From the human T2T-CHM13v2.0 reference genome, Homo sapiens: a stretch of DNA of 64,000 nt. Under the pieces are notes generated by a model. The model ran no database searches. It was not told the DNA's origin and saw only the letters and a list, made by a program, of their open reading frames with translations. The position numbers and the translations under genes were made by a program. Position 1 is the stretch's first letter. The number at the start of each line of letters is the position of its first letter. This document shows, piece after piece, positions 28,630-42,982 of this stretch. Where the stretch lies: the NCBI RefSeq assembly GCF_009914755.1, contig NC_060930.1; one strand, written 5' to 3'.

Positions 28630-29110
28630 CAGACCCTGCCTTATTTGACCCTTGCTTGATTTTTCAGCCTTATCTCCTGACAACTCTGCTATGAACCCCA
28701 CCCAGCATTTCCTGAATAGACATCCTTTCAAACATCCATATTCATTGCATGTGCTGTTTCCTGTAGCTGGAGGGCTTTACCCTAGGCTAAACCTGACTGC
28801 TCAATTTAACAAACTCCTACTTACCCTTTTAGCCAGAGTTAAAATGTTACCTCTTATATTAAAGCTTCTTCAAATACACTGTCCTAGTGGGCCCATGGGA
28901 TTGGACGTGTACTCCTCCTACAAAGCATTTATTCCATTGTTTGTATAGTGATCAGAGGTAGTCACATTTGTCTCCCACAGCAAATAGTGAGCAAGACAAA
29001 TATTTTCAGATTTGTACCCCCAGGGTGCCTGGAACAGTGTGTAGTTCTTTGTGGGAGCTCAATGAACATTGGATAAATGGAGGAAGGAAGGAGGTGTGAA
29101 TGGAGTGAAT
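28630..29110 (+). mobile_element. L2 3' end
   Basis: tttgtacccccagggtgcctggaacagtg...gctcaatgaacattggataaatg, the L2 terminus. Confidence 0.75.
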
Positions 29111-30399
29111 AAGTAAATTGATTAAGTAACAGACAAATAAAATCCAGACTTGGGTAGGGTTCTCCAGCAGGCAGGAGCTCACCTACAAACCAAAGGTGAG
29201 CTTTGTTTGAAATGAAGGCAAAAATACAATGCTGTCTCCTACGTAGTGGAAATAATACTCCTGAAACTCTCAAGGAAGCAGAGTCTAACACGCCCATGAA
29301 AAGTACATCTCACTACACAAGTCCTTCTCCTCTGCCAGAAATGGGCCTTTCTGGACTAACCCTTTTCCATTTCTGACCATGACTTTTGGTATAACCCCTG
29401 AACAATAACGTGTGCCACCTGATCGGATTTTAGCTTACAATTTCCAAACTTCTCTTTTCTTATAATTTGGTTTAAAAGCTCTACGCAGATCTTTTTTTTT
29501 TCTTTTTCTAGTTTTTATTCTAGAGCATTCTATATGGTTTCTCAGCCATATGCTCTGTCATGGAGCTTCATAGACAAAGTAAAGCGGTGTGTAGAGTCCT
29601 ATTTTTTATAAGCTAAGTTGTGAATCCTCTTCAATTTTAAAAAATTCACCTGATTCAAATTTCCACTGCCTCAAGTTTACAAGATTGACTCTTCCTTGGT
29701 CAATCCTATTATACAAACTAACACAGTAATCCAATCATTGCTTCTGTAGCCATGGTGATGGCCATGGCTCCCATAGTCACCTCTGAGAGAATGGGTCCTG
29801 GATCAATAGTGTCAGCTCTGGACTCTTCCTAAAACCCTAATTTTATGTGTCTAACAGGCAACTAGACATATCTACCAAGATGACTAGGTGGAACTTTAAA
29901 ATGGGATTCTTCCGCAAAGCAAACACATCTTCCCCTAAAGAGTTCTCCCGCCATTTAGTTGTTATTTGCACATCACCTTCCTTAGCCATGTGTGCTGAAC
30001 ACCACCAGTGTTCTTTGCTTTTTTTCTCTACCAAAGTCTGACTCATCCATCCTCAGATCCTGACGACTGTGCCTTTGTTATCCCTGGCTGAAATGTTACT
30101 TGGGAAGCCATGTTCAGTTACAATGCACCTCCCAAATGTCCTCCTTCTCATCTCTCCTAGTCTTTCTATAACACCTACAGGACTTCCACATATTGCTCCC
30201 ATGGTGATTTCCTACCATCCTACTGCAAGCTTTTTAAATAACTCTGTGTTTGTTTCCTACCTCTAGTCTTTTACACATTGCTAGAATTTAGATGTGATTA
30301 GTAAAAATGTGTGTCTCTAATATTAAATCACAGCCTTGTTTACTGCACTCTTTTCCAAGTTCACACTAAGTAGGACTTCTTGCTTGGATGATTGCATCT

Positions 30400-30620
30400 T
30401 CTGTCCTAGCTCTTCTCCCTGACTCTAAATCTGTTATTTTATCTAATCCATTACACACTACATTAATTTTCCTGTTATTTCATCTTGTCCAAAAACCCTT
30501 AATGGCTCCTTCTCGCCTAATGAAGTAAGGAAATCTCCTTTGCCTAGCATTTGGGGCACTTTAAAATTTTAGACCCAACCTGTCTTTCTATCTTCTTCTC
30601 CTACTGCCCTCCTAATTTTC
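30400..30620 (+). mobile_element. L2 fragment
   Basis: aaaaacccttaatggctcc...aaatctcctttgcctagcatt. Confidence 0.55.
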
Positions 30621-31598
30621 CTTTGCTTGCTCTTAACCTGAACACGGCTCTATCATTCTTAGGTTATGCTTTTCACAACTTCTATCACCTTCTTGGTCCC
30701 CAGTAAAATTCCTGGGAGAGAAGGACATGGGGCAGAGTGGGTCCTGGGAGCTGACCCAGGGCATGCCTTGTAGGGCAGCAGGGTCCTAGGATGCACCCAG
30801 GGCTTAAAGTCCTGGCAAGCACCCCATTCCTCAGGTTGGGCCACTTGGGCAAATAGCACAACCTTCCAATCCCTCATTTCTTCATCCCTAAAAAGAGCAT
30901 AAGAACCTTGTTCAAAAAGTTATTTAGAAGACGAATGGTAAAAATGCAAATACTGAAATTATTGTCACAAAATAACTATAGTTGAGGATTTACCCCCCTA
31001 CTCTTAGATTAAGTACTCTGGATAAGACAAAATTGGGGCAAGAGAAGTTCTGAAGATGAAACCTCTCTCCAATCTGAGGCATCTCCTTTATTAAGTCATT
31101 ACAATTTTAAAACTGCTCAAATGCCTTTCAGATGAGGAAAACAGTGAAAACTATTCAGTTGTTAAGCAAGGGACTATTTTTTTAAGGAAATAAAAGTTTA
31201 TGCCTTTCCTTTTCCTTTGGAACTCATTTTCTTGGTGATTTAATTTAACATTTAAAGAATTTGATTTAGCTTAATTTGGGGCACTTCTAACCTTCTCTTT
31301 CTCTTTCTTTCTTCCTGGCCCAGATCAAGGGATCAATTTCTGTCTCCTGAAATGTGGGAGTGGTTTCCTCTGAAGCCATTTAGAAGCTATAAGTGAAAAG
31401 CAGAACGGGTCTAAATAATTGCTAATGTTACTGCCAGAGCAGGTGCATCTCAACAAGGTGTGTAGTCGTCCAGAACCCTCAAACACCCATTTTAACTGAT
31501 TGCAGCCACAGATGCTCCTACATACCCAGCACCCTCTGCTTGCTTCAGCTCTGAAGTAGAAGGGAGCTTTCACTCTCAGGGTGAAATCTTGTTTGGAC

Positions 31599-31903
31599 TT
31601 TTTTTTTTTTTTTTTTTTTTGAGACAGAGTTTCACTCTTGTCTCCTAGGCTGGAGTGCAGTGGCGCGATCTCAGCTCACTGCAAACTCCCCACCATGCAG
31701 TTTCAAGTTATTCTCCTGCCTCAGCCTCTCAAGTAGCTGGGATTATAGGTGCACGCCACCACGCCTGGCTAATTTTGTATTTCTAGTAGAGATGGGGTTT
31801 CACTATGTTGGCCAGGCTGGTCTTGAACTTCTGATCTCAGGTGATCTGCCCACCTCAGCCTCCCAAAGTTTGGGATTACAGGCGTGAGCCACCACATCCA
31901 GCC
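31599..31903 (-). mobile_element. AluS (Sx/Sq-like)
   Basis: Full dimer with poly(T) on the plus strand. Confidence 0.95.
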
Positions 31904-32186
31904 TGGAGTCTCTTTCTGAATAGGATGGGTCCAAAGTAACTGGGAGCTAGTCAACCCACCCAAACAGGGAAAATTCCGAGATGGAGCAAGTCAGGCTTTC
32001 AGCTGTACCAGGCTGTGTATACTGTTTATTTTTGCCACTGTATTCCCTGCACATTGAACATAGTAGATGCTCAGTAAATATTTGATGAGTGAATAAATAT
32101 AGTAGAGAGCTCTGAAAATTCAGATTTTATTCCACTTACTACATATCTAAGGACATGTGGTAAACAAACTATATTTTTGTTTATAC

Positions 32187-32226
<40 letters not shown>

Positions 32227-32240
32227 ATATATATATATGT
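32187..32240. repeat. (TA)/(TG)n compound microsatellite
   Basis: Direct reading. Confidence 0.95.
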
Positions 32241-32254
32241 AGATAAAGATTTGA

Positions 32255-32687
<433 letters not shown>

Positions 32688-32702
32688 TTAACCCTAAATC
32701 AA

Positions 32703-33184
32703 TGTACTAACAGGGTTCAGGACACGATACCCCTAAATATGGCACATTGGCATTTGTGGAAACAGTAGAATGAAGGTCACACTCACCTCCTTGCCCTTCT
32801 CCCCTTAAGCAGGCCATAAAACACTCATTCAAGAGGTGCCCTCCCCACACCTGGAGGAAAGGAACATCCTTATCTCTGAAGACACGGAGGCACAGAGAAA
32901 TCTGAACAAACAGGCCTAAGTTTCATCCAGTTTATTTCCACTACATCATATCCTTTCGTCTTCCAATCACATTTCTTCGTGACTGTCCACTCTTCAAAAC
33001 TAAGCATAAAAATACACAGTTTACCTGTTTCTTTGGACCTTCATTTTCTTATAGAGGCTCCCCTGGCACATAAAACTTATTAAATTCATGCACATGTTTT
33101 CTCTTGTTAATCTGTCTTTTGTTGTAGAGTCTTCAGCTATGAACCTAGTGATGGGTGAGGAAATATATTTTTCTTTCCCCTGCG
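32703..33184 (+). mobile_element. ERV1 solo LTR, MER34/MER39 group
   Basis: gggttcaggacacgatacccctaaatatggcac...gaggaaaggaacatccttatctctgaagacac; shares aagcataaaaatacacagttt with the LTR at 16140. Confidence 0.8.
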
Positions 33185-33349
33185 GTGTGAAATGAATGCA
33201 TGGCAACAAATGAAAAAAATTACTAAAATTATCCAACAGTATTCTTTGTTGTTTTTTAATAATTATTTAACATTTGCTTACACAATTATTACAAAATGCA
33301 CAGACCAGTAAGTTCTATTTTGTTTTTCACACCTGTAGGAAATACGCTG

Positions 33350-33740
33350 TTTTTCATTCACTTATCCACTTTTTTTTCAGTAAAAAATTATTACACGCTA
33401 GCTAAGACCTTGGGCACTATGCTAGGTAATTAATGAGAAAATTAAATATACTTCTGCCCTCAGAGACATTATAGTTTCATAGAGGAAGCAGGTACCTGCA
33501 TAGGTAATTATAATACAGTGGGTTAAGTACAATGATGGATGCAACAACAGTCTGCAATGGTAGCACATAAGCATAGTACCTGGTCTACAGTCAAAGAGCA
33601 GGAAAAAAAAATCTCTAGGGAGATGAATCTTCACTCAATCTTGAAATTCAAATAAAACCAAACTGAAGAAATAAGTTGGAAAGAGAATGAGTCAGGTAGA
33701 GGAACAGTTCAGTGCAAAAGCCTAGAGACAAATATACCCT
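33350..33740 (-). mobile_element. L2 3' fragment
   Basis: ttcattcacttatc...ggcactatgctagg...ctgccctcagagacattatagt. Confidence 0.7.
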
Positions 33741-33794
33741 CGTAAGAAACTAAGGGACATGTATGGCTCGGCAAAGATTCCATCACGTGCTCTA

Positions 33795-33966
33795 AGCATG
33801 ACATACCTGTCACCACTCCCCCTTTCCGTGTCCATGGCAGACATGGCTAACTGATCACAGCATTCCCACAGAACTCAGATGCCTCCCCAAGTCCTTTTAG
33901 CATGGCACTCTAGGAAGTCAATTTCAGTCCATCAGAATGCAAGATGAAATGTCCTTGCCATCTTTG
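33795..33966 (-). mobile_element. hAT-Charlie MITE (MER117-like)
   Basis: ccatggcagacatggctaactgatcacagca...gatgaaatgtccttgccatctttg resembles a recalled ~200-bp Charlie MITE; name uncertain. Confidence 0.55.
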
Positions 33967-36900
33967 CTATAGATGATGGGAAGTCTTTGAAGGTTATAAA
34001 TAGGGGAAGGACAGTAGCCTGATTTGTGATTTAAAAGATTCCTGTGGTAGAACTGTAGATAGTGGATTTGGGAGGGAGTCGAAACAAAAATGAAAGGCTG
34101 CTTTTATATCTTATATATGAATCATTATAGGACATAAATTCTTCTCACAGCCTGTATTCAAAAGGGAATTAAAAAGCAACTGGGATAGAGCCCATTTAGC
34201 TCTATAAGGTCTGAGCTAGCACTGTGTTTGGCCCTATCATTAACAGAAATTCCAAAGAGAAAAAAAATTCAGAGTCTTCCCTCAGAAATTTCCCCATCTC
34301 AGCTATGCTAACATTTGCTCCTGGAGGATGAAGGTGCTAGAGTTTCTTTAGGAAAAAAAAAAAGTCATCTCATAATGAATGCTACCACCTTACTAAAGAG
34401 GAAAGAATGTTATTTGTAGTTGTTGTTTTACCATCAGAGTTGAGTTCTAGAAACTTCAACAAAAAAAAAAAACTCAACAGGAAGGGAATAATAATTTAGT
34501 TTGGTCTACACTGCTTTTGCAGTCAGAGCGGTCAGTGACTTTCAAAATAACCACAGCTGGGCTTGTTGAATTAAAAGAGTGAAACTTTTTTTCCACTTTT
34601 TTTTTTATCCCAACAGAACTGCCACTTGTCAGTCGATTTGTTTTTAATTCCCAGGTCTCCCTGGTTTGTTTGTAGCTACTGTGTTTTTTCTTTCTAAGTG
34701 CATGAGGAGGGTTATAGTTTTGATAATCCATGTCCCCCAAAGGCTCCGGGGATATAGGGAAACAGCTAAGTTGAGAGGGAATCTATCAGGAGGAGAAAAC
34801 ACCAGATAGGAAGGTTTGTTCTCATCACACAAGTGAGGTTTTCACATGAGTACTGGGGGTGACAAATCAAGAGGAGGGAATCAGATATTAGACACCAGGC
34901 ATTTAGCAGGAGGAGAAAGGAAGAGGAGATTTCTCAAGTCAATTTCGTATTTGGGTAGAAATCTGCAGGCTTGAGGCACCTATCACTGCTATGTCTAGAC
35001 TGGTGGACAGACACCAGCCAGGAGAGGGGAAGAAGGTGGGTGAGAGGTGGGCAGCAGCAGGCATCATGAGGAGGGGAAATTCTTTTCCCAAAGGACTCCA
35101 CACCAAAAAAGTGCAACCAGAACAAAGAGTTGTGCTGTTTCCATTGAGAGAGAGATGATTCTTTGAAGGTGACAGAGCAGGTTGAGTCAGGGAACTCTGA
35201 CCCCGACCCTCCATGGTGTACCCTCGGTAACTAAAATACCTTTCCATACCACTCTATTTTCTATGTGTTTTTTTCATTTGTTTGGAGGAGATACTGTGAG
35301 AGAAACTGAGGAATACTATTAAGAATTTTAAGCTTCTATTTTATGCTTTAGTCTAGAAAGGATTTAAGAAAAATTTTAATGGTAAATGTACCTCCCAAAC
35401 AAGTCTATCAAAACTTAGGAAGTATTTTTTGTTTTGTTTTGTTTTTTGCTTTCCACACCCCAAAACAAATTCTTTTGATGGACACTTATTTTAGTCTGCT
35501 CTTTCTCTCTCAAAAAAACAGCTGTTACAGTCCAGAGACCAAGGCTTCCTCACTTGTGGAGTAAATGGAGGAGGAGTCTGTTGTCATGTAAATTACGCCT
35601 TTGGTCTTCCACCAAGACAGTCTCCACACAGTGATTTGTTTTGTGAGTACATCAACAAACAAGCAAGGTCTAGCATAAAGAGCAAACCAGTCCTTTACTC
35701 TCCATCAGAGATGAGTCTACCTGAGATTGGTATGATGGGATTCCCTTTGATCTCTAATCTCTCTCTCTCTACTCAGCACGAATCCCCACCAAATACTCTG
35801 TGATTCTACTTCACCCTCCCCACAGAAGGATGCTAAACAATGATTCATATCATTAAGATGGTCCAGAGTGAAGATTTCACAGGATAAATTTTTTTTTTTC
35901 TTAATATGAATCACCTCTCCTTAAAAACCTTGATCCAGTATTTTATGTCCACAAAATGACTACTCTTTCTGTAGCCTTACTAAAGCCTGTCTTCCCAGAT
36001 GGAAGGAAGGAAAGAAGGAGAGTCAGGAAGATACACCAACCCTGCCCAGGAGCTCTATTTTCTAATTGTGCAATATTGCTATTTCTCTTCATTTCTACAC
36101 CCAGAGGCACAGGCAGTAAGGCAGGTAGGATTTTGTTTTGGCTTGTTCTTGATGGTTTCTGTTTTGACAAGATGTCTGTAAAGACCTGCCAGCCCAGCTA
36201 TAAAAAATTTTGTCTGGATTGAAACTTGGCATTTATAGTTGCAGTCTCAGGCAAGTCTTTTTTTTTTTTTTTTTTAACTCTATTTGGATTAAATCTGTTA
36301 AGACTCTTAAATAAGTGTAAATATCCATTTCAAGAGCTTTATGAGTTCCTTGATATTTTGTGTCCTACTATGTGAAGAAGAGATTCAAATCTCTAAGAGA
36401 GAAAAGCCACCAGTCTATGATTAACGTTTCTTCCTAAGGCATGTGGGTGAATGTATTTACGTAGACAATATATTCGTCCATGTATTGCCCATGGACATTC
36501 AAATAATGAAATAAATGTTCAGCAAACTCCTGGCCCCCATCTCCATCCCCATTGGGAACCTGATCTTTGTCAGGCTGAGAAACACGCAGGAAAAGCAGTG
36601 AGCAGCAGGAGCCCACCTCGCATCTCTCTCTCTGTGACATGCAACAACACAGGCAGGTGAGGGTGACGGAAGCCTGTTGTCCCCACCAGGAGCACAACTC
36701 CACTCTTGGCAGGAGGCCCAGCGTGGAGCAGCATCTGTTGCCTGACCACTCAACTTGTCAAGAGAGCAGCTTGGTTCCTTTCATCGTATTGATGTCTCTC
36801 CTCTCTGCGCCCACCAGCCAAAAGTTTAGTGGTGGCCATGGTATCAAACTCTTAACCATCTCTTCTTTATTTTCCCATATCAATAGTTAGAAAAATATTT

Positions 36901-37323
36901 TGTTATCTTCTCGTGTTTTGTGCAGATTGTTGTTTTTTGCTATATTAAAATGTTCCCAAAATGAAAACATTTAAAAATGCATAGAATACAAAACACCCCC
37001 GGCCTTCTTCACCTTGTGCTGTCATCTACCCCTGCAAGAAATCATCTGTGTTCATTTCTCCTTGGTCCCTCCAAGGTTTCTTTATGCAAAAACTAGTGTA
37101 GGAACATGTAATTTTATTTTCTTCTCTTTCATATTACACCACTCTACACCTTAGCTTTTTCATTTGACAATATCATTCCACATTAGTACCTAGATACTGT
37201 CCTCCTTCATGTTTGACAGCTGCATGGTGTCACACTGGGTGGATGTAGAATCAACCACATGCTTGGTTCTCTGTACTTGTGCTGTTTTCAGTCTTTCCTT
37301 ATAAGACATATTGAAGCAATGAA

Positions 37324-37605
37324 GGCCTGTAATCCCAACAGTTTGGGAGCCTGAGGCAGAAGGATCTCTTGAGCTCAGGAGTGCGAGATCAGCCTGGGTA
37401 ACATAGGGAGACCCCACCTCTACAAACAAACAAAAAAAATTAGCTGGGCATGATGGCACATGCCTGTGGTCCCAGCTCCTCAGCAGGCTGAGGTGGGAGG
37501 ATCGCTTGAGCTCGGAGGTTGAGGCTGCAGAGAGCCAGGATGGTGCCACTGCACTGCACTCCAGTCTGGATGATAGCAAAACCCTGTCTCAAAAAAAAAA
37601 AAAAA
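37324..37605 (+). mobile_element. AluJ, 5'-truncated
   Basis: AluJ diagnostics (ggaggatcgcttgagc, gaggctgcag); TSD atattgaag(c/t)aatg at 37308-37321 and 37738-37751. Confidence 0.93.
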
Positions 37606-37737
37606 AAAGGAAAGGAAAGGAAAGGAAAGGAAAGGAAAGGAAAGGAAAGGAAAGGAAAGGAAAGGAGAAAGGAAAGGGAAGGAAAGGAAAGGAAAGGAAA
37701 GGAAAGGAAAGGAAAAGGAAAGGAAAGGAAAGGAAGG
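37606..37737 (+). repeat. (AAAGG)n pentanucleotide repeat in the Alu tail
   Basis: 12 perfect units at 37606-37665, then interrupted units; lies inside the Alu TSDs. Confidence 0.97.
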
Positions 37738-37799
37738 ATATTGAAGTAATGTATTCTAACTAAAAAACATATGCTTTTTAATTTTATTAATGACATCCT

Positions 37800-39030
37800 C
37801 TTGTTCTCTTCTCCAGCTTTTTGAGTCATATATCTAATTAGTTTATTTTCATTGTTTCATTTTTTATTGATAAAGATATTTCAGGCTATAACTTTTTTCT
37901 TAGCAATGATATAGTTATATTGCAAAATTCTGATATATGTTTTCATCATTATTAAATTTTGTATTTTGATTTATATTTCTTCTTTGACCCAAGAATTGTT
38001 TTTAACATTTTTGTTATTTCCAAGTGAAAAGGCCTTCCTCTGTATTGAACTATAATTTCATTGTATTGCTTTCAGATAATTTTGCTGCCCCTATGTCTAC
38101 TTCATTAGAATTTATTGAAATTTTCTTTGTGGTATGATTAATATGTGATCAATTTGTATGAAAGATCTATGGGCTCTTTAAAAGTTGGAGCCAGGGTGTT
38201 CGTTTGATATCTATCCGCAGGAAGTAACTAAAAAGGTTGCTTAGGTCTTCTCTGTCCTTGCTTTTTTTGTGTTTCCTTTAAACCACTTGATGTGACTTGT
38301 ACTGAGAAAGGTTAGTCATAACCTCCAGTTATTAGTGAGTTTCTTCTATCTGCTGTGGTTTCTATTTCATGAAAGTTCCCACTGTAATTTGCTATATAGA
38401 TATTCTTAAATATTGCATCTTGAGTGAATTATAGCCTTCAGCGTTATAAAGTTTCATGTCTGTCATTATTAATGCTCTTTGGCCTGAATCTCACCTTGTT
38501 TAACATTAAGATTGTGACCTCCAGTTCTGTCTCTTTTTGTTTGCATTTTCCTAGTATAACTTTATCCATCCTTTTGTTCAGCTTTTCTTAAACACTTTTA
38601 GATGTTTCTTTTGTATACAGCATAGAGAATTGTATGTACTTGGTAATCCAGCCTGAAATTTCTATTAACAGCTAAGTTTATTTTTATTTATTCATACAGC
38701 AGATATGTATGGTCTCTAGTCTGTAATATTAACTCATACTATGTTCACATATATGTATATGTATACATAATTTTCACAATGTGATCTGCGATATTTTTGC
38801 TCTATTTTGTTTTCTATTTTTGGTTATTATTCTAATACTTAGAAAGTTATCTGTTTCGTTCTTGGAGTTAATTTTATATTAATTTTTATATAATGTCTTT
38901 AATTCCATCTTTTCTTTAAACATTATGTACTAGTTTCCTATTATAAACAACAGTTTGGAAGCTCTTCCTTTTCCTTCATGACCTAATTTTTAAAAATACA
39001 GTTACTGCCTTTTATATTTGCCTTTGTCGT
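37800..39030 (-). mobile_element. Very old L1M ORF2-region fragment
   Basis: Decayed antisense ORF2 text (aatttattgaaattttctttgtgg; tttcttttgtatacagcatag). Confidence 0.6.
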
Positions 39031-39050
39031 ATTAAATAAGCTAAAATTTT

Positions 39051-39957
39051 TTTTAACATTTACGGATATTTTTCTTTTTTTTCCTTTGCTTTTAAGTTTA
39101 GGGGTACATGTGCAGGTTTTTAATATAGGTAAACTGCATGTCATGGGGGTTTGCTGTGCCGATTATTTTATCATCCAGGTATTAAGCCTAGTAACCATTT
39201 CTTATTTTTCCTAACCCTCTCCCTCCTCCCACCCTCCTCCCTCAGGTAGGCCCCAGTGCCTGTTGTTCCCCTCTATATGTCTGTGTTCTCATCATTTAGC
39301 TCCCACTTGTAAGTGAGAACATGCAATGTTTGGTTTTCTGTTCCTGCATTAGAATGCTAAGGATAGTGGCCTACAGTTCCATCCATATTCCTGAAAAGGA
39401 GATGATCCCATTCCTTTTTATGGCTGCATAGTATTCCATGGTGTATATGTACCACATTTTCTTTATGTATTCTACCATTGATGGACATTTAGGTTGATTC
39501 CATGTCTTTGCTATTGTGAATAGTGCTGCAATGAACATATACGTGTGTGTGTCTTTAGGATAGAATGATTTATATTCTTCTGGGTATATACTCAGTGATG
39601 GGATTGCTATGTTGAATGGTAGTTCTGTTTTTAGCTCTTTGAGGAATCACCACACTGCTTTCGTCAGTGGCTGAACTAATTTATACTCCAACCAACAGTG
39701 CAGAAGTATTCCTTTTTCGCCACAACCTTGCTAGTATCTGTTATTTGTTTGACTTTTGAATAAAAGCCATTCTGACTGGTGTGAGATAGTATCTCACTGT
39801 GGTTTCGATTTGCATTTCTCTAATGATCAGTGATGTTGAGCTTTTTTTCATATGCTTATTGACCACATGTACGTCTTCTTTTGAAAAGTGTCTGTTCATT
39901 TACCTGGCCCACTTTTTAATGGGTTTTTTTTTCTTGTAAATTTAAGTTCTTCATAGA
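39051..39957 (-). mobile_element. L1PA13-16-type, 5'-truncated (~0.9 kb)
   Basis: ggggtacatgtgcagg...ggtaaactgcatgtcatggggg; perfect 18-bp TSD taaataagctaaaatttt at 39033-39050 and 39958-39975. Confidence 0.92.
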
Positions 39958-39964
39958 TAAATAA

Positions 39965-40375
<411 letters not shown>

Positions 40376-40624
40376 CCCATTCTTCCATTTCTGTTGGTAT
40401 ATTATTCCTACATTTTCAGAGCATCTACAATGTACATATCATTCTGTCATGCTTATTTATAACTTTCATTTAATCTGAATTTCAAAGTTGAATATATATA
40501 TAATATTCATCACTAGTCTTTTTCCTACAACTTTCCCTATGTCCTCCTTGTTGGCCAAAGGTCATTCTCTAGTGAATTTACCATCAAGATATGATCAAAA
40601 CAATTTGTCTGCATCCTTTATAAT

Positions 40625-40988
40625 TGTATTAGTCCATTTTTGTACCGCTATAAAGAAATACCCAAGGTTGGGCAATTTACAAAGAGAAAGAGGCTTAAAG
40701 GACTCACAGTTCCACACGGCTAGGGAGGCCTCACAATCATGGCAGAAGGCAAAGGAGGGGCAAAGGCACGTCTTACATGGCGGCAGACAAGAGAGTGTGT
40801 GTAGGGGAACTGCCCTTTATAAAACCATCAGATCTCATGAGACTTGTTCACTATCATGAGAATAGCACAGGAAAAACCCATCCTCATGATTCAATTACCT
40901 CCCACCAGGTCCTTCCCATGACATGTGGGGATTATGGGAGCTACAATTCAAGATGAGGTTTGGGTGGAGACACAGCCAAACCGTATCA
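40625..40988 (-). mobile_element. THE1C/D-type MaLR solo LTR
   Basis: tgtattagtccattt...gactcacagttccac...gacacagccaaaccgtatca. Confidence 0.92.
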
Positions 40989-41111
40989 AAAACTGAGGAG
41001 CAACTTAGCTTCATACAAGGTTTTGGGCGCATCCTTTTTTTACCCTTGGGTATCTCGTAGGTAGTTCCATGGCTTCTGCCATTAGGCATTGCTGTTGAGA
41101 AGCTCGATGAT

Positions 41112-41504
41112 GACATTGGTCTGGTTTGTGCAGGTATAACTGAATACCACGCATTGGGTAATTTATAAAGAATAGAAATTATTTCTCATAGTTCTGGAGG
41201 CTGGAAAGCCCCAAATCAATGCACCAGCACCTAGAGAGGGTGTTCTCACTGTGCCATAACATGCGGAAAGCATCACACAGGGAAAGGGCAAAGAGAAAGA
41301 CAAAAGGGGACTGAACTTGTCCTTTTTAAGGAACTTACTCCCACAGTAAGGAAGCCACTTCCATGATAACAGCATTGACCCACTCATGAGGACAGAGTCT
41401 TCATGATCTAATTGCCTCTTAAAGGTATCACCTCTTAATATTGTTACAATGGCAATTAAATTTCAACATGAGTTTGGGAGGGGACCAACATTCAAATCAA
41501 AGCA
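41112..41504 (-). mobile_element. MST (MSTD-like) MaLR solo LTR
   Basis: atttctcatagttctggaggctggaaagccc...atttcaacatgagtttgggaggggaccaacattcaaa. Confidence 0.82.
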
Positions 41505-41923
41505 TAACTTTTCTTTCAAAAGAACTTCGTTTTTGCCTGGCTGTTATAAAGATACTTGTTTCATTTTCAAAATCAAATATTGTAATGGGTCAGTGTTCAC
41601 AGTTTGGGGTCAATTTTCACTTTTAATATATACATTTAAATCTTATTTCAAGAAAGGTGTCATGAGTTGTAGTTTAAATGTTTGCTTTGTTCCAATGTGT
41701 TCATTTTCTTCTTTGGGAATTGCAATTACAGAAATGTTACATTTCCTTTGCCTCTCCTCCATATCATTTTTTCTATATCCATTTTTAAAATATTTTTAAA
41801 TATTTTCTTATTATCTCAATTCTAACCTTTATGTTCCTAATCATTCTTCAAACTGTGAGTATTTTATTTTGTTCTGTATAATTTAGTCTTCATTTCTGAA
41901 GTGGCCTTTTTCTCCTTTATTCA

Positions 41924-42201
41924 TTTTTTTTTTTTTTTTGAGGCAGTCTTGTTGTTGCCCAGGTTGGAGTGCAGTAGCACAATCATGTTTCACTGCAGCC
42001 TCCACCTCCTCAGTTCAAGCGATCCTCTCACCTCAGCCTCCTGAGTAGCTGGATCTACAGACGTGTACCACCATGCCTGGCAACTTTTTTTTCTTTTTGG
42101 TCATTTTGCCCAGGCTGGTCTCAAACTCCTAGGCTCAAGTAATCTGCCCGCCTCAGCCTCCCAAAGTGTCAGGATTATAGATGTGGGCCACCGTGCCTAG
42201 C
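41924..42201 (-). mobile_element. AluJ with a small internal deletion
   Basis: cactgcagcctcc, aactcctaggctcaagtaatc. Confidence 0.9.
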
Positions 42202-42982
42202 AGATATGGCATTTTTAAACGTTGAAACAACTCCTGCAGGTATAGCAGGGCCTCTCTCTATATGTATATACTAGTGTGAATCAAAACTGAGGGCTCACTG
42301 TCCCTGTCTATACCAAGCTAAGAATTTAGCCTTAGGAATGGAAATAGTATTGTAGGGACTGCTCTGAAAAACCCGTCTGTTTCATAGGTGACCCACACAG
42401 GAAACTTAATGAAATACTATAGAATACCACAGTCCTTAATCAAAATAGTTCATTAAATCAGATAACCAGTTTTAAAATTACATATACATGTGAAATATAT
42501 ATGATTTTAAAATCTTGTTTTCATTGAAAATATTCATTCACCAATCTTTTCATTAGTTAATTTTCACTTTCAGATGGGTGATCAGTGTTTAGAGTTTCAT
42601 GCCATCTTGTTTGTTTGTTTTTGCATAAATCACACTTATAATGCAATGTCTATAACTTCTAATTTCAGTTTCTTTAAAGTTGACAGAATGTAAGTATCCC
42701 TGAGAAACAATATGGGTAGTGGGGTGAGCTCACAATTTTCCTAATATCTTATAGTCATCTTATTCACACCTGAAACAACAGGAATATTTTATAACTTTAT
42801 CAAAGTTAAATATGTAACATTTAACTTTGGTTTCACAGACATATAAACTCTTCTCACAGTTATGTTTCATGATATAACATAGTTTAATTGAGATGTACTA
42901 TTAAAATAGTAAATTCAACTACTATAAACCCAGCGGACTTTTTAGATCTGTGTGGGTGGTAAACTGAAGAGTAGCCTACTGT

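Noticed and set aside
37606-37737. EWS-FLI1-type GGAA microsatellite
   Set aside because: The period is 5 (GGAAA), not consecutive GGAA tetramers.
37440-37829. KGKER- and FPFLS-repeat ORFs
   Set aside because: Read-through of an Alu and the (AAAGG)n tail.
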